A DNA stretch of 59,536 nucleotides, counting the filler, from Dugesia japonica (taxonomy: Eukaryota), in NCBI GenBank assembly GCA_001938525.1. It is 5 parts of 5 records of this genome, joined end to end, with 100 filler letters (N's around TTAATTAATTAA, not from the genome) between each part and the next. Parts side by side here need not be neighbours in the genome. Positions count along the whole stretch, not along the records: positions 35,957 to 46,565 come from MQRL01630092.1; positions 46,666 to 59,536 come from MQRL01577895.1; 3 more parts are not named here. One strand, 5' to 3'. The notes below the pieces were generated by a model. It searched no databases. It saw only the letters and a list, made by a program, of their open reading frames with translations, and was not told the origin of the DNA. The translations under genes and the position numbers were made by a program. How positions within the stretch are numbered: position 1 is the stretch's first letter; every line of letters begins with the position of its first letter. Shown here in pieces: positions 38,841-47,765 of the stretch.

Positions 38841-39512
38841 ATGACAAGTTTATTTCCACCTGAAAACATTAAAACTCTTGAAGATATTTATAAATTTGTA
38901 AATTATAAAAATAGTGTTTGTGATATACTAATGTATATTGAAGAAAAAAAAGATGATCTTAATTTTATTGAATATAATGACATTACAAATTTTAAAGATA
39001 TTTATAAATATGTAAATTTAAAAAATAATGTTAATGATATAAAAAAATATATTGATAAAAAAAGATTTGATATTATTTATCTATCTGCTGATATTTTCAA
39101 AGCTCTTGAAGATATTTATGAATATGTAAGTTTAAAAAGTGATGTTTCTGAAATAAAAATGTATATTGAAGAAAAAAGAAATAATCCTATTAATCCATTT
39201 GATAAGCCCAAATATTTAAAAGTTTTAAATAGATATTTTTCCGAAAAAAGAAGAACACCTTTGACGAATGATGAAATAAAAATTTATCAAGAAGCATTTA
39301 AATATTTTATTTTTAGAAGAAAAAATCCTGTTATTTCACGTGAAGAAGTATTTAATTTTATGTGTTTTAAAAATAATGGGGGAAAAAATGAGTTCGTTAC
39401 TGTTAAACCTGAAGGCGCTAACTTATGTGGCTGCGCTAAGGTGGACTACGTACAAACAGATATTTTTGAATGCACTACGGAATCTGATATTTTAAAGTCG
39501 ATATTTTCTTAG
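38841..39512 (+). CDS. Hypothetical protein with three ~39-aa internal repeats (only plus-strand gene of element B)
   Basis: LEDIYKFVNYKNSVCDILMYIEEKK / FKDIYKYVNLKNNVNDIKKYIDKKR / LEDIYEYVSLKSDVSEIKMYIEEKR; open 223-aa ORF. Confidence 0.7.
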   Translation: MTSLFPPENIKTLEDIYKFVNYKNSVCDILMYIEEKKDDLNFIEYNDITNFKDIYKYVNLKNNVNDIKKYIDKKRFDIIYLSADIFKALEDIYEYVSLKSDVSEIKMYIEEKRNNPINPFDKPKYLKVLNRYFSEKRRTPLTNDEIKIYQEAFKYFIFRRKNPVISREEVFNFMCFKNNGGKNEFVTVKPEGANLCGCAKVDYVQTDIFECTTESDILKSIFS

Positions 39513-40205
39513 ATGAGCTAAAATTGTAATTGTTTCTTGGTTAAAATCTATAGTGTTAAAATTTTCATCTACNNNNNNNNNNNNNNNNNNNNNNNNNNNN
39601 NNNNNNNNNNNNNNNNNNNNNNNNNNNNNNGATGGTCTTTCTACTATTTTATATCCAAATGGAACTGTGTTTATTGGAAATGAATATAAAAGATTAATAT
39701 TTTTTGTTTCCTTGTTATTTGTTGCATAATTACCTTTAACAATGTTACATGTCACATTTATCGCGTTAGAATTTATAATGTTAATTTTTTCAGAAGAATA
39801 ATAATTTCCAGGTTCATATTTTCCTGGTTTAAATCCGAGTATTGTATGTAAAAATGATTTGGAATCAAAACTTATTGTGGTTTTAGTTTTGATATTACAT
39901 TTAGATGTTGCAGTGTCAGGTGTAATTTCTAGATATTTTTCTAATCGATTTGACATTTCTTTTACTTCATATGATCCTGGTTCTAGAGTTATGGCTTTGT
40001 CTTCCCCTTCTGCCTTGTTGCCCTTGTGGTTTATTATGGCTTTGTCTGTATGGAATTTATTATTTAAATTGTTGATATTAAAAATAATATTGTAACATGA
40101 AAAATATAACAATCCAAGTTCATATTCTGAATCTAATTTTATCGGATAATCTAAATTTATTTTTAAATCTTGTTCTGTACCAACTACTAAGAATTGATGA
40201 GACAT
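39492..40205 (-). CDS. Minor capsid protein (penton, single jelly-roll)
   Basis: PIKLD..YELGL..F..YN.IFNI...NNKF, I.L.PGSYE, ILGF, I.V.CNIV.G.Y, F....P.GYKI.E.P, VDEN...IDF..E.I....HLR: the Maverick/adintovirus penton pattern. Confidence 0.88.
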   Translation of the reverse strand: MSHQFLVVGTEQDLKINLDYPIKLDSEYELGLLYFSCYNIIFNINNLNNKFHTDKAIINHKGNKAEGEDKAITLEPGSYEVKEMSNRLEKYLEITPDTATSKCNIKTKTTISFDSKSFLHTILGFKPGKYEPGNYYSSEKINIINSNAINVTCNIVKGNYATNNKETKNINLLYSFPINTVPFGYKIVERPXXXXXXXXXXXXXXXXXXXXVDENFNTIDFNQETITILAHLRKYRL

Positions 40206-40209
40206 TTTG

Positions 40210-41151
40210 TTAAGATTTAAAATATTTAGTTTTATATTTTTTATAAATAATATCAGATAATAAACCTTTAGATTTTAAATTTTTACATACATTCTTGATT
40301 TCAGATGCGAGATTATTATGTCCAGATTTTACAGCCGAAATTAGTAATGTTAACTTTTCAAATAATGCAATTGGGTTTTTTACCTTTATGGGTTGTGCCT
40401 TTATGGGTTGTGCCTTTATGGCAGTACCAATTGTACTTTTTGTTGCCCCTATGGTTTTTTTTGCCCTTGTGGTTTTTGTAGGTGGATTTATTATTGCTTG
40501 TAAAAATCTAATATAATCATTAGTAACTGGTGAATTTTTTACTATATCATTTAAATATATTGTAATATAATTTTTCATTTCTTCATCATTTTCTTTTATT
40601 TTTTCTTTATGTCCACAAATTAAATCCATAATTTTATCTGAATATTCATGAATTTTTCCATTGACTGAAAAATGTGGTTTATTTTTAATATCAAAGAAAA
40701 ATATAACCACATTCCCTGAAAATAATATTCTTAAAAATTTCTTACCAATTTCAAATTCCGCATAAGCAGGTAAAGGTTTTATTTTTCCTTTTATTACATT
40801 AGTATTAATTTTTATATCAGGATTAAATGGAGTTGTAGTTTCTTCTGATAATAATTCAGCAAGTGCGCCATCTTTCAAAGTTAATTCTAATTTATATTTA
40901 TTTTTATTATAAGTTTTATATTTTTCTTCTATAGTTTCTGGTTTTATGGGTTTGTCTTCGTGGTTTATTATGGTTCTTTGTTTGTTGTCATCCCTTAGTT
41001 CTAATTTTTCTAATGCAGAGATTGTTGGTAGTTGTAAAGTGGATAAGTTACTTTGTAAAGTATTATAATCAAGAATTTTACTAGAAAAATAATTATTATA
41101 TTGTTCTTGAGATTTAATTAATGCTTTTAATTCTTTAATTCTTTTTTCCAT
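40210..41151 (-). CDS. Conserved invertebrate-Maverick protein of unknown function
   Basis: C-terminal NP..L.EKL.LLI.A.KSGHNN...EI......L...G.. motif recurrent in Mavericks; AQPIK tandem repeat. Confidence 0.7.
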   Translation of the reverse strand: MEKRIKELKALIKSQEQYNNYFSSKILDYNTLQSNLSTLQLPTISALEKLELRDDNKQRTIINHEDKPIKPETIEEKYKTYNKNKYKLELTLKDGALAELLSEETTTPFNPDIKINTNVIKGKIKPLPAYAEFEIGKKFLRILFSGNVVIFFFDIKNKPHFSVNGKIHEYSDKIMDLICGHKEKIKENDEEMKNYITIYLNDIVKNSPVTNDYIRFLQAIINPPTKTTRAKKTIGATKSTIGTAIKAQPIKAQPIKVKNPIALFEKLTLLISAVKSGHNNLASEIKNVCKNLKSKGLLSDIIYKKYKTKYFKS

Positions 41152-41223
41152 TAGCTCTTTTTTCGCGCAGCTCTTTTGTAAAGATTTAATATGTACGTAG
41201 TCCAGCTACATAAAGTTAGCGCC

Positions 41224-41826
41224 TTATTGTTCATCTTCGTCTTCATCATCTTCGGTTTCGGTTTCATCTTCGGTTTCATCTTCAATACCTTTTCCAGATT
41301 TATATGGATTTAAATAAATACCTTTTCCATGTTGAATTATGCGAGTTCCGGATTTAAATTTTTTAGTTAAACTTTTAAATTTAGGATCAATATTTTTTAA
41401 ATATTTATGTATTGCAGTGCCTTGATATGGATTTAGAAAAATACCACGGCCTTTTTCGCCTTTATGGTTTTTAATTCCAGTTCCTGTAGTTGTAACTGTT
41501 GGAGTTTGTTTGTTCGCTTCGCTTAGTTTGTTAGCTTCTACTTGTTTTTGTAAATCAATTAATTCACCTTGTATTTTTTTATTAATGACATCTCTAGAAT
41601 TTGCAACTGTACCTGCAATTCCAGATGCAGCACCAGTTGCAGTTGCTAATGCTGCAATTATTGCTGGTATTGCAGCTAGAAATGCAAAACCGCCTTCTTT
41701 ACTTCGCATTTTTGCTTCATCTTTAACTTTTTTAGAAATATAATAATTTTTACCATTGATCTTTACAGATTTACATTTTCTAGAATTTATAATTTTAATT
41801 AATTCTTCTTCTGTTGCTTCTGACAT
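41224..41826 (-). CDS. pX/mu-like core or membrane-lytic precursor protein
   Basis: KEGG|FAFLAAIPAIIAALATATGAASGIAG resembles adenovirus pX (GG|FLP.LIPIIAAAI.A.PGIA); repeated GxG|I sites; acidic tail. Confidence 0.75.
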   Translation of the reverse strand: MSEATEEELIKIINSRKCKSVKINGKNYYISKKVKDEAKMRSKEGGFAFLAAIPAIIAALATATGAASGIAGTVANSRDVINKKIQGELIDLQKQVEANKLSEANKQTPTVTTTGTGIKNHKGEKGRGIFLNPYQGTAIHKYLKNIDPKFKSLTKKFKSGTRIIQHGKGIYLNPYKSGKGIEDETEDETETEDDEDEDEQ

Positions 41827-41886
41827 TTATTATATTAACATTTTAAACAAGGAGTGCATTTAGTATAACGAGAGCAAGGAGTGCAT

Positions 41887-44800
41887 TTATTGAGAGCAAG
41901 GAGTGCATTTATTGAGTCGATTGATTTTATCTAATCTTAAATGCCATTGTCCACAATTACAGAGATATTGATTTCCATGTGGCCATGTTTTTGTTCCATC
42001 ATCTTCTATGATTCTTTTATCATCAAATGCCATTAGAGCTATTTTCTTTTGTTCTTTTATTTCAATTTCATGATTATCTGATTTTAATGTATAATTTGTT
42101 CCGTAGATTATTTTCTTTGGATCATTTAATACTGAATCAAAATCTGACATNNNNNNNNNNNNNNNNNNNNNNNNNNNNNNNNNNNNNNNNNNNNNNNNNN
42201 TTGATGGGCTTCAGTGTATGAATAAGCATAAGATTTTGCTTTTATAAAATTAGCTTGTGTTATTTCAGAATTAGGTTTTTCATCTTTCATCTGGAAAAGA
42301 TTATCTCCAAGTAGACTTTCTAATTTTAAAAGATTATCTCTTTTTTTAATTTCAACAAAGATTGCATCAGTATTTTTTATTATCAATGGAAATCCACAGT
42401 TAAATGTGCCATCTTGGGTTTCAATGTCGTATACATCTTCTATGTTTTCTCTTAAAAATCTTACAGATTGGACATTAGTAGGAATTTCATCATCTAATTG
42501 TAAAAAACTAAAACAATTATTTTTTAATGGTATAATAATTAAATTCATTCCTAAAGATGTACCTTTATAATAAGCTTTAGATAAAGATATTTTATCTTTA
42601 AATATTTGTCTAGTAAAAGGAAAATCTTTATTATTTGGTTTAAATATTTTTTTATGTAATAATTTAGTTTCATGGGTTAAATCTGTTGGTTTAATATGTT
42701 CACATTTATCATTTAATAATGAGTGATCTTCTGTTACATCAACAATTCCAAGATGAGTTCTTACTCTATAAATCTTTTTATTTGTTGTATGTTTTATTAC
42801 TTTTTTTAATTTAACGAATCCACTTTTAGTCCAAATTTCAAGGTTTTTAGGAAAAGAATAATATTTGTTATCATGATAATTCTTTATATAATTTTGATTT
42901 ATTTCTGAAATCTTTTTAATTATTACTTTATAATTTTTCCTTAGAATCACCGGAGTGTCATGGGTTACACTATCGGTGTAATGAATTTTATAATTATTTT
43001 CAGAAATCAACGGTTGCATTTGTTCATATATAAAATTATACATTACTTGTTTTGCATGTTCGAGGATTGTGAATCCTTTATATGGAAATTTATTATATTT
43101 TAATTTAGCTTTTATCATTTGCATTGCTGCAACTGTGGCTTCATTTGAATCATTTATTGAGAAGATTTTAGATGATTTAAATGTTGGTTTAGCTGCAAGT
43201 CTTTGGTATGCTTTGTCAGTATCAACAATTTCTATGTTACATCGATTTCTAATATTTTCAAGGGTTTTGCCATAGAAAGCATTTAACAATAATTTATAAA
43301 TATAATCTCCGAAGACATCTTTAATTCTTTTAGATTCTTTTCTTAGAGATATTAATTTATGAACATAATCTTTAAACCATGTAGAGGTTTTCATTTTAAT
43401 TTTCTTATGTATTTTTATAAGTTTCATTCCAAGTTTTAAATATAGATCTAAAGTTGATCCGAGACATACATAATTTTTCTTGTCAAATTGATTTAATGTT
43501 AGTTTTATATTATCTTTTGATAGTTTTCTATTAAATGATTTTTGATAAGGACCTAACATATCTTCTGTAATATTTATTCTTTCTGGTGCTAATGGGAAAT
43601 ATTTAGTTTTATCGTGGATCTCTTTTGGATATTCAAGGTCAACTTCATATATAAAATTCATATTATCATCTGAGATTTCATAAGTTAGCTCGTTACATTC
43701 GTGGAGTTCGCCTGTTGGAAGTGGTCTTGTCATGCAACTTGCATATAAAGAGTTTTCATCAATATATTTTATAAATGTTTCTTCTTTCCAATCTACTGGT
43801 GGAATTTTATTTTTTATTAATGAAAATAATATCTCAGAGACTTGTGTTTTATTTAATCGTCTGTTGGTGCCAAATCTAGGATTTGATTGATTATTGACGT
43901 TCATTACTTGACGTTCACCTAGAACACCTGAATAGCCACCCCGGATTCCAGATTCAATTGTTAAGAAAAGATCATAAGTTTCTTGTTTCGCATATTTAAG
44001 TTTTATATTTGCATTTAACATTCCAGTTTCCCATGAATATCCTGGTGCTGAATATGAATAACAAGGATCTAGTTGAAGAAGATTATTTAAACATGAATTT
44101 CTAAAATTTTCTAAGAAGTCAGTTAGAATTAGAACATCAAGTTTCATGTAGTGTAGCATGTAATCCCAGAGATTTTTAAAATCTAAATAATCTATTAAAA
44201 ATTTATCATATTCATCATCAGATATTCCCTTTTGTGTTAGTGTATTAAAGAAATCATTTCTAGTTGGTGTTCGTTTTGATTTTAATAATTTTTCTACTTC
44301 TTGTATAGTGTCGCCTTTTATATATTCATATGGAAATGAGATTTTTTTAGGTCTTAAATTGAAAGATGTTAATATTGGATATTTATTGGAAGATGTTAAT
44401 AAATTACCCATTGTTTCTATAGATGTGAATGGTAATAGTCTTGCTGAATCTAGGAATTTAATATTTTGAAATTGAAATGAAATATAATTATCTGATGTAT
44501 GTGGAATTATCTTTTTTACTTTTCCTGGAAATCTTGTTAGTAGTTCTCTGAAAAATAAATGATTATCATAGCCGGATGCGTTATGAAAATAAAATGGAAT
44601 GAATAGATTTATTACACTAAAATCATATAAATTACATTTTTTATGTGAATAACCACGGAATTCATTTGTGAAATGATTATGATCTATAACTGGATCTTCG
44701 GTTATTATTGGTTTATCACAATAATAACATAATTGATTATTATACTTTGGATATGTGCCTGTGAATTCTTTTATTAATTTATTTTCTTTTATATCTTCTA

Positions 44801-46286
44801 TTTTATTATTAGTGTCATTTAAAAATTCAAAGAATTCTAGATAAATGTTTTCACCTGTGAAACAATAATATTTAGATTCTAAGAGATGTTGATGTTCACT
44901 GTGAAGATAAATTCCTAATGATAATGCTTTTTGTTTTTTCTTTGAATTTGTATATGCTTCAAAATCACCTATTAATATGAAAGGTAATTTATTTTTCTGG
45001 TAAAATTTATTAAAGAAATAATAATCTTTATATTCAAACACAATGTTATTTGGTCTGTGATTAATACATGCTTTTTGATGTTTTATTAAAAGCGGTTCAT
45101 TGGAATAACAAGTCATGCATCGTATGTATGGATATTTTTTATTTTTGTTTCTTGTGAAAAATACATTTAAATCTCGACATAGAACATATTGATCTTTATA
45201 AATTAATAAGTTGCATTTATTTTCTTCTGGTGAAGGTTTTGCTGTATGATGCGAAATGTATAATGGTTCGAGTTTCTTGTTAGCATTCACACCGAAAACA
45301 TTTATTTTATAATTATTTAATTTCTCGAATTTATGTATATCACCGATGTTCATTGGAAAATTAAAATCTGATTTTAATTCTTCTAAATATGGAATGTAAT
45401 TAGAAACACGTGTTGGATTATCAAGAATATGTTTATGTGCTAGAATTGAATATAGAAAACATTTATTATCTTTATTTTCTATGTTAATTACACCTTGTAT
45501 TTTAAATGGTAACTTTTTATATGTTGCACCAGCTTTTGATTGATATTTATTTAAATATAAAGTATAGTCGTTAATATACAACATTGACCAACCTGAACCT
45601 TCAAGATCTTTATCTTCAATATGTTTATTTAAATCATTAAATATTTCATTGACAGCGGTATTAATTTCGGATTTAATTAAAATTGTTTTATTAAATGAAG
45701 ATGAATATAAATCTCTTTCGGTATCTTCTTTTGAATATCTACATTTTACAACCATACTTACAATTGCCTGATTTACACATTTAAAATATTTCATAATAAT
45801 TTGTCTTATTTCATTTTTAAATACATTAATCATTCTAATTTCAAAATCATGTTTTTCATAAACATCATAAAACATTTCAACTTTAGAATTTAAATAATAA
45901 GTTATTTCATGTTTTTTATACATTCTTAATGCATCTCTAATTTCTGGTGAATAATCAATTGCTTCTTCACCTGGAAGTTCATCAAAATTTAATTTAATAA
46001 CTTTTTGTTTGTGACTTAAAGAATTAAAATGTGCTCGAGCGTGATTTTGTTTTTTAAATACTTTATCACAGATTTCACATAATAATAGGAAAATTTCATT
46101 GTTTCCACAATTATATGAATTTAAATGCGCCTTTAAATCACTTTCTCTTTTAAATGATTTATTACATTTATTACATTTTAATGTTGCATCTTTATAACAA
46201 GTTCTAGATGCGAGATGCCCATTTAAACCTGCTTTATTTTTAAATATTTTATTACAATTATCACATTTAAATANTTGTGTTGTCAT
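41887..46286 (-). CDS. polB: Protein-primed family B DNA polymerase with N-terminal zinc fingers, Endo VII-like domain and an intein
   Basis: GSGW, N.DNKCF, GDFEA (Exo I), FHNASGYD (Exo II), YMKLDV (Exo III), GIRGG, YIDENSLY (A), KLLLNAFYGKT (B), YTD-intein-TD (C). C-terminal ALMAFDDKR...T.PHG lies in ORF 41887..42150; the frame change falls in the N gap 42151-42200. Confidence 0.96.
42372..42971 (-). mobile_element. 200-aa mini-intein in pPolB motif C
   Basis: Block A SVTHDTPVIL, block B VRTHLGIVDVTEDHSLL (TxxH), block F VYDIETQDGTF, block G PLIIKN followed by Thr+1. Removing it restores HYTDTDAIF. Confidence 0.93.
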
Positions 46287-46370
46287 CTTTTTTATATAGA
46301 ATTTATTTAATCATAGAGGGTAAAAAAGAGGATATTTTGTAATTTAAGAGGATTTATTATATAATGCCAC

Positions 46371-46548
46371 TGTGACATTTTTGCATTTCACATTTTGCAT
46401 ACGACATTTTTGCATACGACATTTTTGCATTTTGCATTTTACATTTCACATTTTACATAGGAAATTTTTGCATTTCACATTTTGCATACGACATTTTAAA
46501 ATACCCCCTGAATCCAAATCGTGTTATATCTATTACTGATATACTACA
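46371..46548. repeat. Subterminal repeat array and candidate terminus of element B
   Basis: Repeated cattttgcatacga / catttcacatttt units (46371-46497), a C5 block, then ...atactac (rc GTAGTAT, close to the AGTAGT Polinton end). Confidence 0.6.
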
Positions 46549-46665
46549 TTAACTCAAATTCATTTNNNNNNNNNNNNNNNNNNNNNNNNNNNNNNNNNNN
46601 NNNNNNNNNTTAATTAATTAANNNNNNNNNNNNNNNNNNNNNNNNNNNNNNNNNNNNNNNNNNNN

Positions 46666-47765
46666 TGAGTACGCAGATTTTTTTCATGTCCAAAAAAGAA
46701 GACCCCAATCGTGATTTATGGCATGGAGCTCCGTCTTGTGGAAATATATTCTGTGCCTCATATATTGGCAACAATCCTTTCTTTAATACATTTATGTAGT
46801 CATCAGAATTCATCCAATCCAGACACTTTATCAGAACTCTGGTACCATCTTCTTTGATTGCACCCCAAACCATCAAACTCTGACCTCCGAATTTCACCGT
46901 TTTCGTGGTATATTTTGGATTATACCTTGATCCTTAAGGTCTGCGGACATATTCTCTTCTTCTAGAGAATAGTTTTATGCGACTTTCAGCAGTAAGAATC
47001 ACCTCATTCCAAAAAGAAGGAAGCACTTTGCTATAATCTCTGCATCACTTTAAGCGATTCTTGATATGTCTCTCATTTAAATATGGTTTTTTCGCTGCAA
47101 TTCGTTCGAGCAAGCCATACTTTCTCAGAATGCGATTCATAGTGCTAACTGAGGAAGTTTGGCTTAATTTCCAATCGATAAAAAGATCACGTGCTGTTTT
47201 CTGGGATTTTTCGTTGACATCCGAATAAGTGATCCTTTTGATCTTTGTGTATTTTTCGGGTTACGACCACTTTTACTTTGGTTTTTCAATGTTCCATGTT
47301 GTTGCAGCTTCCGTACAATATGTTGAATGCATTCCTTCAAATATTGAGTTCATTTGAAATGTTCCGCCGAGACAAACCCTCTTTCAATTTTTTAATGACT
47401 TAATTCCTAATATCTATTGATATCTTAGCCATATTTGACATAAGAATTTATAAAAGTAAAAAAATATATTACTTAATCATTAGCAAAATGTTGTACTTAT
47501 CAATTTTACTTAAAATTTTAATTTATTCATTAAAATAGTTTATATATGTAAATAACATCAAAATTTAAAAAACGCCTTAACATAACAAATCTATTTTAAT
47601 AATTATAAAATAATTTTTGTAAATAATTATTTTAATGAAGTATAAAGCTAACATCAACATATTTCTAAATTAAAATAGTTAAAATCATAAAACTTTTAAT
47701 ATAATTCGTAATCTACAATTTTTTGCATTTTTAATGGGTGGCCCAAAACATATGGACGGGATTGT
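46666..47765 (-). mobile_element. Tc1-family transposon, degenerate 5' part
   Basis: KFGGQSLMVWG, FPQDGAPCHKS, SGR and KKPYL motifs; end rc TA-CAATCCCGTCCATATGTTTTGGGCCACCC. Confidence 0.88.

Larger units (their letters stand above)
35957..46565 (-). mobile_element. Polinton/Maverick (adintovirus-like) endogenous virus B with mostly open ORFs; left part truncated by the contig end
   Basis: Dense, intron-free, nearly co-oriented ORFs: pPolB, pX-like, conserved Maverick ORF, penton, adenain, fibre-like. Repeat-rich right terminus. No major capsid, ATPase or integrase seen in this contig. Confidence 0.92.

Noticed and set aside
42126-42200. Apparent frameshift or split of the pPolB C-terminus
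   Set aside because: The frame change falls inside an N gap of estimated length; ORF 41887..42150 is the normal DDKR C-terminus.
42372-42971. The insert as a spliceosomal intron or a hedgehog-type Hint domain
   Set aside because: It is an open 200-codon frame without GT-AG ends, while host introns are ~40 nt. It sits at a canonical intein site with the terminal Asn and +1 Thr, and has no sterol-recognition region.
37107-43275. Short plus-strand ORFs overlapping element B genes (37107, 38037, 39859, 40295, 41510, 43069)
   Set aside because: Antisense shadows of AT-rich minus-strand coding sequence with no motifs.
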